From: Candidatus Zhuqueibacterota bacterium
GTDB lineage: Bacteria > BS750m-G25
DNA length: 64,000 nt
Direction: 5' to 3'
NCBI GenBank assembly: GCA_016783505.1
Contig: JADHWK010000001.1
Location: 124,001 to 188,000, forward strand
The translations under genes were made by a program, and so were the position numbers. The notes under the pieces are model-generated. The model had not been told where the DNA came from. It saw only the letters and a program-made list of their open reading frames with translations, and did no database searches. This document shows, piece by piece, positions 55,060 to 64,000 of this stretch. Each line of letters opens with the position of its first letter. Within the stretch, counting starts at the first letter, position 1.

Positions 55060-58000
55060 TTATTTCAAACAAACCATCTTGATCGTCTTCGTAAAGACTA
55101 ACTCCCCCCCTTTCCGGGCGGTGATCCGGCACAGGTACACCCCCGAGGCATAATCCTCCGCCTGCCACTGGGTATGATAAAACCCGGCGGGCTGGCGGCA
55201 GGCTACCAGGGTGGCGACCTTCTGTCCCAATAGATTATAAATGTGAACATTCACCCAACTTTCTTCAGGAATGCCGTAACGGATAAGGGTGCTGGCGTTG
55301 AAGGGATTGGGGGCGTTCTGGGTCAGGGAAAAGACAGTGGGCACCCCAGGTTCCTGACCAGGGTTGAGGCTCACCATGGTTCCCGTCCCGCTCAGGGATA
55401 CTATGGCCGGGCTTTCCTCCGGGTCGTTGCTGATGAATATCAGGCTTCCGGTAGTATCCCCGGCCTGAACAGGCTGGAAGCTCACCAGAACTAGCTGGCT
55501 CTGGCCGGGGTTTAACGTAAAAGAGATGTTCTCGGCTATCGTTTGGGGGGTGCCCCGCTGGCCTAAGGCCACCGAAAATGGACCCTGATCCACGTAAAGA
55601 CTGTCCACCACCAGGTCGGCCTGACCCTGATTACTGACTACTAAGCCCCATTCGGCTTCCCCGCCTACGAGCACGGTGCCAAAATCGTGCTCGCTGGCTG
55701 AAAGGAAAATATCGGGAACGATTTCGGGATTGCCCACCGTTAGGGACACCGGAACCCCAATGGGCTCACCCGGGGCATTGCTCTGAATCAGAAGATTTGC
55801 CCCGTAGGCCCCTGGGACCAGATCGGAAGCATCCACCTGTACGCTCACCCCGATAATGCTGTCGGGCATCACCATCCCCCCATCGGGGTCCACCGTCAGC
55901 CAGCGGATCGGGGGATAGAATCCCACAGCAAGGCTGTCCTCCACATAGGGGGCGTTGTGGACTACGGTGAGGCCGATGCTGCCGTCCCCGTTCTGAATTC
56001 CTACCGTGGTTTCATCAAGTCGCTCGCTCCCCATATCCAGGTATTGATACACAATTCCCCCATCCCAGGTCAATACCGCCTGGAAGGTATAGGGACCTCC
56101 CCGGGGACCCCACCCCGGCACCCCTATGAAAGAGACCACCAGGGATTCGGCGGTGACATAGTAGAAAACCTGTCCCCCATATTCTAAGCTCAGGTCATCC
56201 CAGAAGATGGCCAGCAGGTTTTCGGGTTGAGCCGGGTCGGGTAAGGGGTAATTGGAGAAAGAAGTGTCGGTGGAGGTAAAACTGATCCAGCCGTTGCAAC
56301 AGACCCTGAAACTGCTGAAACTTTCCCCGTAGAATGGAAAGTCAAACCCTAAGGGAAAAGGACCCAGGTTGGAATCATCCCCCAGCACGACGATTTCATC
56401 CCCGACCCCTGTGATGTCGGCCCAGCGAAACGGGGGCCCCAGGGGTTCGTGGCTGTCGTACCAGGTGTAGCCATAGCCGTCCGGGCCGCCGGAGTTTAAG
56501 ACCACCGCCGGATAGTGGGCTCCCACCGCCCCTTTAACTGGGGGGGATTCCCCCTCCATCCATATGGTAGGTGGGAACTGACTGATCAAATGGGTAGAAC
56601 GTTCTTCCCCACGGCTGATCAGGATGGTAAACAGCAGGGTTGATCCCCCGGGGTTGGACACCGTCAATAGGTCAGAGGATACCCCCCCGACGGGCACGGT
56701 AAAGGAAAAGGAGTTGGGTTCCACTACCATCACAGGAGGTTCCACTTCACCCCCATGGTCGGTGGTAAACCGAATGGCGCGACCCGGGGCCAGGGCGGCA
56801 GCGGGGGCCGGATAATGGTTAAAATAGGTGTATTCGAGACCGTCATCCTGATCCGGGGATTCGATCCCCACGGTGGCGTAATCGTTATCACCATAGTTGC
56901 CAGGGACATTGGATACCGTATGGTATTGAAAGAGAATGGGACCATCCCCGGACGGGGTGGGATAATAGGCGGGATCGCCGAGGACGACCTCAAAGGTCTC
57001 TTGTGTATTGGTACCGGCGGTGCGAACCCGGCTCCATTCAAACAGGCAGCGATGGAAGCTGCTATCGTAATAGAAGACCACCTTACCCCCCGAGCTGAGC
57101 CGGAGGTCATCCCAGAAGGGTGCTATCATGGCCGCTGGGCCCAGGGCGGACGGGATGGCCCAGTTGCGGAAATTGTTGAGGTTCGTCGCCCCCATGGAAA
57201 TCCAACCGTTGGTACATACCGTAACCCAGTGGTAAAGTCGTCCGTAATAGCTAAACGTAAACGGCAGGTTCATGACCAGGCTCTGGTCCTGCTGGTCCCC
57301 CCCATCGGATAAGGGCAGCACCGTCCCCGGCCCCCCATAGTCGGGATCAATTTCTATCCATTGATACTCCGGGGCCTGGGAATACCCCATATCAGTATCG
57401 TCGAAGGCGTAATACCCGTATGCGTCCGGGCCCAAAGGGTCAAAGCTGTGCACTACACCTACGGTAATGGTAAAACGGGTCGTATCCTGTATCCCCCCGG
57501 TGATGGTCAACATCAGTTCAAAATCTACCCGGCTGCCCGGAAAGAGGGTCGAATCGGCGGACAGGATCAGGGAATCGCTCCCATTGTCACCCTGCCCTCC
57601 GATGGGTATCGTACCGAAGAAGGCAACGGAATCCAGTATAATCACCCCTGGGGAAAAGGAGCGGAGCAGCCCGGCGACCCCCTGGGCCTCAAGCCCGCCG
57701 TTGTTTGAAAGATTGATCCCTATGGGTGCGGTTTCGCCCGGATCCAATAACCCATTTCCCCCATCCAAAATGGTGATCCCTGAGGTTACCAGATCCGGCC
57801 CCTTTACCCCCAGGATCAGCCGGGAAAGCCAGAGCTGGTCGGAGGAGTTGTAAATCCTTAAGTCAAAGGCGAGCTGGGTGCCATCGGGGCACTCCGGGTT
57901 TACCCGGAAGACGAAGCTATCCCCAGGGGCTGCTACCTGTCCCGAATCTAAATCGCCGTAGTTAGCCACGCTGTCCAGCATGGCCACCCAGTGATCGGGA

Positions 58001-60186
58001 GTGCTCAGCACCACCCACACCCCCATCTCCCCCCCGCTTCCATAGTTCTTCAAAATGATGTCCAGCTCCACCGTCTCGCCGGGGTTTATCTCCCCATCCC
58101 CGTTCCCCAGACTGGCCCCGGTAGAATCGTCGTCCACCACCTGATCATAAAACCCCACAAAACCCGTATCCTGGAGAACTGGGATTTTGGCCTGATAGGG
58201 AAAATAGTTTTGTCGGCTAACCGTAAGTTCGAGGGTATCTTCTTCTGCTATGGCAAGGGGGAGGTGGGCATTTCCCTGGTCGTCCGTAATCCCTCGGCTG
58301 ATGATCTCCTCCCCGGATACGACACAGACATAAGCCCCAGGAATGGGTCGGCCCTGATCGTCCAAGGCCAACACCGACAGGCTATTGCTGCCCAGGGAAA
58401 TGAGTTGGGGGTGCCCTACCGCTAAAGATCGGGGTACATCCGTCCACATCGAAAGCCCGGGATCACCCAGGAGGTTATACGTATAAAAGTAAAACTGAAC
58501 AGCGGTACGATCGTTGCCGTAGATGTTATCGGGGAAATTCTGGTAGAGCCCCATCTTCCCCCGCAGGATAGCAGGACCCAGATGCTCGATTTTCTCTTGG
58601 AGAATGCCCTGAAAGATCTCCCCATCAAGGCAGTTATTGAACCGGGTGCTGGTGTCATAATAGCTGGGGCCTATGCAGGCGATCCCCCCCCTGGGATTGG
58701 AGGCCGTTCCGGCTCGGAGGAAGGCCTCAGCCTGACAGGGGTCATTCCAGCTGTTAAACTCCCCGGTAGCACAGACCATCCCCATGACCACGGGTAGTTT
58801 CCAGCCGTTGTTCAGATTTAAAATATAGGAGGAAGTATAACCGTCCCAATAAATCCAGCCCCGATAGTTTACAAAGGACACCCCACTGTTAATGGAATTG
58901 GTAACCTGGCTCGCCGGGATACTCCAACCGCTGTAAAAGACGGTATCCACCCAGCTGTACCCCCCATAAGTCAAGAACATCCGCTTTATGGCCTGTTTTG
59001 TAGTCTCACAGGAGATAGTGGTATGGGTGGCGGCGATCATCAATGCCCGCTTGAACCAGGTGGTATCGGTCATAAAAGGATCACTTTCGTAGTCTACGAT
59101 CTTGCTGACTATGGTATTCAATTGACTGATGCTGCGTATCGAGAGCCGACCCACGAACACCTCGGGGAAGAAGTCAGTCCCCTCCAGCAGGCTGTAAGTG
59201 AGGTTTGAGACATTCCAACTTCCCGTCCAGGCGGGGATAGAATAGCTCCCCGATTCATCCCCCACTAATACCACGTATTCCGGGGGGATCTCCCCGCTCT
59301 GATAGGCGTTTCGGATATAATTGCGGATATTGGAGGCGGAATAGCCAGTCTCCGAGAGCCTGGCCACCGCAGTAGGATAACCCTTCTTTCGCTTCCATTC
59401 CACCAAAGGCTGAAGGGACTGTTCCACCTGATTGGAATTGGGGATGATGAATAAATATCCCCCCCTCTGGTCGGCCTCCTCGGTCTGGAAAAGCTCAGCA
59501 CCCAAGACGAAATTCCCCACCAATTCCCCGAAGCCCTCCGAGGGACGAACCCTCGGGTCTAATTTGGGATTCTCATCGGAATGACCGGTATAGCTAAGCC
59601 GGAAGGTAATCTGCGTGTAAAACCAGTTCTCCTCCCGACCCGGATTGACCCGTATGGGGTAGATGTGGACGGGGACCATCCGCAGATTTCGCATGATGAC
59701 GGGTTTGCCCACCGATAGGGGTTTTTCAGGAAAGAAAGTGTCCCTGGTGTATAAATCATCATCCCAGTTGAAGGCCTGGGCCCCTTCCCTGGAATCGGAC
59801 CCAAACCCCTGCCCCGGCAAGGCCAGCCCCGGGGGTAGCGGCACCGAATCCAATCCTACTATTTCCAGCTCAACCCCGGCCATCGGGGGAACGGCCACCC
59901 ACTGGGTGAAGGCGGGCAGTTCCGGCTTTCCCCTTTCCCCCATTAGGCCAGCACCGGGTATACCAAAGGTCCTAAATATTTGTCCATTTTTTACCATTTC
60001 CCCCACCTCGACCCCGGGGAAGGTAATCCTGACCTCAGTTAAGGCGTCACTTGACTCAAGAACCACCACTGCCGGCTTTTCGGAAAAAGCCCGATCATGG
60101 CCAGGGATCCAGTCCGCCCTGGCCAGGATGGGTCCCTGGAAGCACAAACACAGAATAAGAAGCAAACCCAATCTTCCCAATTTCAT
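55060..60186 (-). CDS. C25 family protein 3 (1708 aa) with a duplicated GPDxYGY module, Ig-like domains and sorting domain
   Basis: EWKRKKG, YVVLVGD, EVFVGRLS, NYRGWI, MVCATG, YNLLGDP; NAPNPFN...KMVCLK. Confidence 0.9.
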   Translation of the reverse strand: MKLGRLGLLLILCLCFQGPILARADWIPGHDRAFSEKPAVVVLESSDALTEVRITFPGVEVGEMVKNGQIFRTFGIPGAGLMGERGKPELPAFTQWVAVPPMAGVELEIVGLDSVPLPPGLALPGQGFGSDSREGAQAFNWDDDLYTRDTFFPEKPLSVGKPVIMRNLRMVPVHIYPIRVNPGREENWFYTQITFRLSYTGHSDENPKLDPRVRPSEGFGELVGNFVLGAELFQTEEADQRGGYLFIIPNSNQVEQSLQPLVEWKRKKGYPTAVARLSETGYSASNIRNYIRNAYQSGEIPPEYVVLVGDESGSYSIPAWTGSWNVSNLTYSLLEGTDFFPEVFVGRLSIRSISQLNTIVSKIVDYESDPFMTDTTWFKRALMIAATHTTISCETTKQAIKRMFLTYGGYSWVDTVFYSGWSIPASQVTNSINSGVSFVNYRGWIYWDGYTSSYILNLNNGWKLPVVMGMVCATGEFNSWNDPCQAEAFLRAGTASNPRGGIACIGPSYYDTSTRFNNCLDGEIFQGILQEKIEHLGPAILRGKMGLYQNFPDNIYGNDRTAVQFYFYTYNLLGDPGLSMWTDVPRSLAVGHPQLISLGSNSLSVLALDDQGRPIPGAYVCVVSGEEIISRGITDDQGNAHLPLAIAEEDTLELTVSRQNYFPYQAKIPVLQDTGFVGFYDQVVDDDSTGASLGNGDGEINPGETVELDIILKNYGSGGEMGVWVVLSTPDHWVAMLDSVANYGDLDSGQVAAPGDSFVFRVNPECPDGTQLAFDLRIYNSSDQLWLSRLILGVKGPDLVTSGITILDGGNGLLDPGETAPIGINLSNNGGLEAQGVAGLLRSFSPGVIILDSVAFFGTIPIGGQGDNGSDSLILSADSTLFPGSRVDFELMLTITGGIQDTTRFTITVGVVHSFDPLGPDAYGYYAFDDTDMGYSQAPEYQWIEIDPDYGGPGTVLPLSDGGDQQDQSLVMNLPFTFSYYGRLYHWVTVCTNGWISMGATNLNNFRNWAIPSALGPAAMIAPFWDDLRLSSGGKVVFYYDSSFHRCLFEWSRVRTAGTNTQETFEVVLGDPAYYPTPSGDGPILFQYHTVSNVPGNYGDNDYATVGIESPDQDDGLEYTYFNHYPAPAAALAPGRAIRFTTDHGGEVEPPVMVVEPNSFSFTVPVGGVSSDLLTVSNPGGSTLLFTILISRGEERSTHLISQFPPTIWMEGESPPVKGAVGAHYPAVVLNSGGPDGYGYTWYDSHEPLGPPFRWADITGVGDEIVVLGDDSNLGPFPLGFDFPFYGESFSSFRVCCNGWISFTSTDTSFSNYPLPDPAQPENLLAIFWDDLSLEYGGQVFYYVTAESLVVSFIGVPGWGPRGGPYTFQAVLTWDGGIVYQYLDMGSERLDETTVGIQNGDGSIGLTVVHNAPYVEDSLAVGFYPPIRWLTVDPDGGMVMPDSIIGVSVQVDASDLVPGAYGANLLIQSNAPGEPIGVPVSLTVGNPEIVPDIFLSASEHDFGTVLVGGEAEWGLVVSNQGQADLVVDSLYVDQGPFSVALGQRGTPQTIAENISFTLNPGQSQLVLVSFQPVQAGDTTGSLIFISNDPEESPAIVSLSGTGTMVSLNPGQEPGVPTVFSLTQNAPNPFNASTLIRYGIPEESWVNVHIYNLLGQKVATLVACRQPAGFYHTQWQAEDYASGVYLCRITARKGGELVFTKTIKMVCLK

Positions 60187-60210
60187 GTTCCAAATCTTCC
60201 TGAAAGCTAT

Positions 60211-63200
60211 TTATTTGATCAACAGCAACTTACGGTTCTGGGTGAAGTCCCTGGCTTTCATTCGACAAAAATATACCCCCGAAGGCCATACCGTCCCATC
60301 CCACCGCACCCGATAATATCCCGGGGCTTTATCCTTCTCTACTAAAACCGCTACCTCCTGCCCCAGGATATTATAAATCTTCAAAGAAACATGACTAGGA
60401 ACGGGTATCTGGTATCTGATGACGGTCTCCGGATTAAAGGGATTGGGATAGTTTTGCCCCAGTGTAAAGACCTTCGGTAGGGCGTGACCGTCCCCCTCAT
60501 CAACACCCACCGGGGTAATCGTCAGCCTCACCGGGATCACCACCGTATCCCCCAGGGCGTTGTGGCTGATCCGGATCTGGGCACGATATTCCCCCACCCC
60601 CCAGTTCTCGGTGTCAAAATTTACCTGAATGGGATGACTTTCCCCACCGGGCAGTATCCCATCCCTCGGGGAAACCGAAATCCAGTCCATGTGATAGCCG
60701 GCGTGATACCCCTCCACCCGATCCGATGAAGCCTGAATGATGACCACCATCACCCAGCGACTGTGAGCCCATTCATCCGTTATCTCCGCTCCCCCGGCAT
60801 GCTCCCCACTGAACCCAGCCAGATGGGTCACCACCCGAATCTCGCCCGTAGAGGTATCCATCTTGCTGACCTGAAGCCCCGGGTCCCCCCCATCCTTGGA
60901 AAAAACATACAGGTTGAACCCCTCCTCATCCTCCGGCTGCCAGCCCAAACCATATATCCGCAGGTTACTGGGATATTGCCGCAATACCGTCCCTGAACGA
61001 TCAATTACGTAGATGTCAGTGTTCACGCCGGAAACCCAGAAATGATCCATCCCCGGATCGTAGGCGATGGCTCGGGCCGGATGGACGGGACTGGGGATCT
61101 CACCGATAAAATTCCCCAGGGTATCAAAAACCGTAAGGGTAGAACCAAAACTGCCATATAAATACTCCCCATCCCAGGCCAGGTCCCGGAAGCCCCAGCC
61201 AGCCGAACCCCCGGGCTGCTCAAAGAAATCCAGATAATTCCCATCCAGGTCAAAAATATACACGTAGTTGGGTTGGGCCGAATTGTTGGCCCCGGACACG
61301 TAAAATTTTTTCCCGACAAAGGCGGCACCCAACAACCTCCCATCCCCGGTGGGGGAACCCCCATCAAAAGAAAATTCCTGATCCCAAGGAATCCCTGCGG
61401 CACCCCCCGTATCGGGCTGAAAATGAACCCCCACCCGATACTCTAAAGGACCATTGCCTGGATTGCTCAAAGTAAAGGCCACTTCCTGACTCTGCCCCTG
61501 CGCCAACACCATGGTCAGTGAATCAGAATCCACCCACACCTCAGGATGGGTTAAGGCAAAATCTAGGGCAGCGGTGTCGTCCACCGTAATCTCCACCCCC
61601 TGAATCAATGGATTATATCCCTCCAGGTGAGCCTCAAACTGATAATTTTTCACCAGGAGATCGGGGATAAAATAGAACCCGGATGAATCGGTAATCCCAA
61701 AATATACATCCCCCAGTGCCCGTACCCGGGCCCGGGGTAGGGGTTCCCCGGTTTCTAAATCGGTGACCCTTCCCCGCAAAGCCCCCCTTAAAAAGTTGAT
61801 CTCGGTGGTGAATTTGATGGCCCTTCCCGCGATCAGGGGGGAGGCGGTCAGGGGCCTTACGTGAAAGTAGGAATACTCCAGCCCGTCTGCTTGGGAGGGG
61901 GATTCGATGCCCACAGTGGCATAGTCATTATCGGAGTATCGCCCTGGGACGTCGTTCACCGTCTCGTATTGGAACAGGATGTCCCCATCCCCCGACGGGG
62001 TGGGGTAGGAGACGGGATTATACAGAATGACCTCAAAGGTTTCCAAATCATTGCTGTATTCAGTCCGTACCCGGCTCCACTCCACCACAAACCAATTATT
62101 GACCGGGTCGTGGTAACAATAGACCCCGCCCCCACCCAGTTCCAGATCATCCCAGAACGGGGCGATCATCCCGTCGGGCCCCGGGGCCCCGGGAATACCC
62201 CAGTTGCGGAAAAAGGGAATGGAACAGGAACCCATGGCCAGCCACCCATTGGAGCAGATGGAGACCCGGGTATATCTATGGCCATAATATTGGAAGGGAA
62301 ACGGGAGATCCACGATCTCTACATCGTCCTGCTCGTTCCCGTAATCACTGAGGGGGATTAAGCTCCCCACCCCACCATAATTGGGATCAATCTCGATCCA
62401 TTGGTATTCAGGGGCCACCTCGTAATCGGAGTCGGTGTTGTCGAAGGCGTAATATCCGTATGAGTCCGGTCCCAGGGGATCCTGCTGGCCCACCGTCCCC
62501 ACCTGGATGGAAAAGGAAACGGTATCTGAAAATCCCCCCTCCGCGGCCAAGGATATAAAGAGGGTAGTCTGATGTCCCCGAATGGTGAGGGCGTTGGCGG
62601 CCACCTGGAAATGGTCCTGGGTGTTGGTAGCTACCCCACCGGATGGAATAGCCCCGAAGACCCCGATGGGATCGGGGATGGTTACAAACGGGTCCTGGGA
62701 AAGAAGCCGGCCGGTCACGCTTGAAACCCCCACTGGTCCCTGATTGGCAACCGTCACCGTTAATTCAAGCACCTCGCCGGGGTCCAAGGTTCCCCCACCA
62801 CCGATGAAGGTATGACCCCCCACCCTCAGTTCCGGGGCAAACACGGGGATCTCCAGGGCTGAAACCCAGGTACAATCTGCGTCATTGATAGTTAAATCAA
62901 AGGGAAGCTGGTATCCGTTGGGGCAGGAAGGGGATATGATAAAGTCAAAATCGTCAGCGCAGGCGGCGGAATCCCCCGGTCCCAGACCCCCATAGGTTTC
63001 CACCGTGTCAATCAGGGTTACCCAAGGGCTGGTAGTCCCCAGCACGGCCGAGACCTCCCCGGATGAGTCCTGAGCCCCGAAGTTTTTCAACCACACCACC
63101 AATTCAACCGTCTCCCCGGCCTGTAGGACCCCATCCCCGTTCCCCATACTCTCCCCCAGGGAATCATCGTCCACCGACTGGGCCCAGTAGCCCAGAAAGA

Positions 63201-64000
63201 GGTCACTGTCCACTACCATGGCTTGCCCTAAGTAAGGGATGAAGTTGTGCTTGGTCACCGTAACCCACAGTGTGCCCGCCGAGACCGGGTTGAAATTTAG
63301 TGCAAGTTGGCCATCCTGGGAAGTCAGCCCCCGGGCATAGATCCCATCTTCCTCCTTCATCAGGCAGATGTGGGCATCCTCTAAGGGTGCTCCCTGATCG
63401 GTCACCGTTAGTGTAAGGGTATTCGACCCCGCCGGTACTGCGGGTGGATGTGCCACCCCCAAGGGCTGGGGAATGTCCGTCCATACCTGAAGCCCCGGGT
63501 CCCCCATCAGGTTATTCCAGTATGAATAGTCAGTCACTGCACCGGGATCGGTGGGGCAATTGAGGTACAGGGCTAGTTTACCCCTGAAAAGCGCCGCCCC
63601 AATGGCGTAAAGCTCCTCATCGAAAATCCCATAGTAGATACCCATATCAAGACAGTTGTTGAACCGGGTATGGGTGGAAAGGGTGGCAGAACCGATGCAG
63701 GCCACCGCCCCCTTGGGGGTATAGGGGGAGCCCACCCGGACAAAATATTCCGACTGATCAGCCCCAGAACCGACGAAATCCCCCGTTCCGCAGGTGATAA
63801 TCGTAACCACGGGCAGCATGAATCCATTGGTCAGCATTGCGATGTCATCGTTGCCAAATCCTTCCATCCCCAGCCAACCCCGATAATTGAAGAACCCCAC
63901 CCCGTTATTGATGGCATTGCGAATAAAATCGGGGACCGACCCCCCCATCGTGTACCACAGGGTATCCACCCTGGAGTAGCCGTGGGTCAGCATCCGCTGT
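60211..64000 (-). CDS. C25 family protein 4 (5' end outside the window) with a propeller-like insert and sorting domain
   Basis: NYRGWL, ITCGTG, NLMGDP; later FRDLAWDG and ARAIAYDP repeats; NYPNPFNP...KLLLIK; the frame is open to the window edge. Confidence 0.9.
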   Translation of the reverse strand, partial: QRMLTHGYSRVDTLWYTMGGSVPDFIRNAINNGVGFFNYRGWLGMEGFGNDDIAMLTNGFMLPVVTIITCGTGDFVGSGADQSEYFVRVGSPYTPKGAVACIGSATLSTHTRFNNCLDMGIYYGIFDEELYAIGAALFRGKLALYLNCPTDPGAVTDYSYWNNLMGDPGLQVWTDIPQPLGVAHPPAVPAGSNTLTLTVTDQGAPLEDAHICLMKEEDGIYARGLTSQDGQLALNFNPVSAGTLWVTVTKHNFIPYLGQAMVVDSDLFLGYWAQSVDDDSLGESMGNGDGVLQAGETVELVVWLKNFGAQDSSGEVSAVLGTTSPWVTLIDTVETYGGLGPGDSAACADDFDFIISPSCPNGYQLPFDLTINDADCTWVSALEIPVFAPELRVGGHTFIGGGGTLDPGEVLELTVTVANQGPVGVSSVTGRLLSQDPFVTIPDPIGVFGAIPSGGVATNTQDHFQVAANALTIRGHQTTLFISLAAEGGFSDTVSFSIQVGTVGQQDPLGPDSYGYYAFDNTDSDYEVAPEYQWIEIDPNYGGVGSLIPLSDYGNEQDDVEIVDLPFPFQYYGHRYTRVSICSNGWLAMGSCSIPFFRNWGIPGAPGPDGMIAPFWDDLELGGGGVYCYHDPVNNWFVVEWSRVRTEYSNDLETFEVILYNPVSYPTPSGDGDILFQYETVNDVPGRYSDNDYATVGIESPSQADGLEYSYFHVRPLTASPLIAGRAIKFTTEINFLRGALRGRVTDLETGEPLPRARVRALGDVYFGITDSSGFYFIPDLLVKNYQFEAHLEGYNPLIQGVEITVDDTAALDFALTHPEVWVDSDSLTMVLAQGQSQEVAFTLSNPGNGPLEYRVGVHFQPDTGGAAGIPWDQEFSFDGGSPTGDGRLLGAAFVGKKFYVSGANNSAQPNYVYIFDLDGNYLDFFEQPGGSAGWGFRDLAWDGEYLYGSFGSTLTVFDTLGNFIGEIPSPVHPARAIAYDPGMDHFWVSGVNTDIYVIDRSGTVLRQYPSNLRIYGLGWQPEDEEGFNLYVFSKDGGDPGLQVSKMDTSTGEIRVVTHLAGFSGEHAGGAEITDEWAHSRWVMVVIIQASSDRVEGYHAGYHMDWISVSPRDGILPGGESHPIQVNFDTENWGVGEYRAQIRISHNALGDTVVIPVRLTITPVGVDEGDGHALPKVFTLGQNYPNPFNPETVIRYQIPVPSHVSLKIYNILGQEVAVLVEKDKAPGYYRVRWDGTVWPSGVYFCRMKARDFTQNRKLLLIK

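Noticed and set aside
17112-64000. Diversity-generating retroelement or gene-conversion cassettes among the C25 paralogues
   Set aside because: No reverse transcriptase is present, and the paralogous segments differ at all base types rather than only at adenines
1-64000. tRNA, rRNA, known riboswitches, or stop-codon recoding
   Set aside because: No cloverleaf or conserved rRNA or riboswitch motif was recognised by eye. TAA, TAG and TGA all end conserved genes at the expected positions, and the RAYT internal stop comes with other inactivating changes.

Overview
This is a 64-kb bacterial window read with the standard code 11, and every credible gene lies on the minus strand. Protein families suggest an FCB-superphylum-like organism (inference only). 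Positions 1-17 kb hold mixed housekeeping and peptide-use genes (CDF transporter, DPP-III lipoprotein, nitroreductase, clpS, yjbQ, OPT transporter, purF, LysE, histidine kinase, DRG/TGS GTPase), two toxin-antitoxin pairs, and decayed RAYT and DUF559 nuclease genes. Positions 17-64 kb hold a type IVa pilus cluster (pilA-pilT-pilV/W/X-like-pilMNO-pilP-like-pilQ-pilB-pilC-pilD). It is flanked and interrupted by eight large proteins carrying the PNPFN...K-x-x-hydrophobic-hydrophobic-K/R C-terminal sorting domain: four C25 gingipain-like proteins, an M6 and an M14 peptidase, a 16-repeat propeller protein, and one protein translationally coupled to the pilP-like gene. The four most notable observations are: (i) the pilus/secretin machine sits among sorting-domain cargo with no T9SS gene visible in the window; (ii) all four C25 paralogues lack the catalytic His (NYRG[W/A] in place of NYxGHG) but keep the Cys; (iii) a TA cassette entered by replacing the 3' end of the CDF gene and left the old end downstream; (iv) most larger intergenic gaps hold families of short palindromes and 7- or 9-bp periodic inverted arrays that nest inside one another, and one nest can be excised in silico to restore a reading frame. 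No rRNA, tRNA or CRISPR array was recognised. All family calls come from motif recognition by eye; no searches were run.
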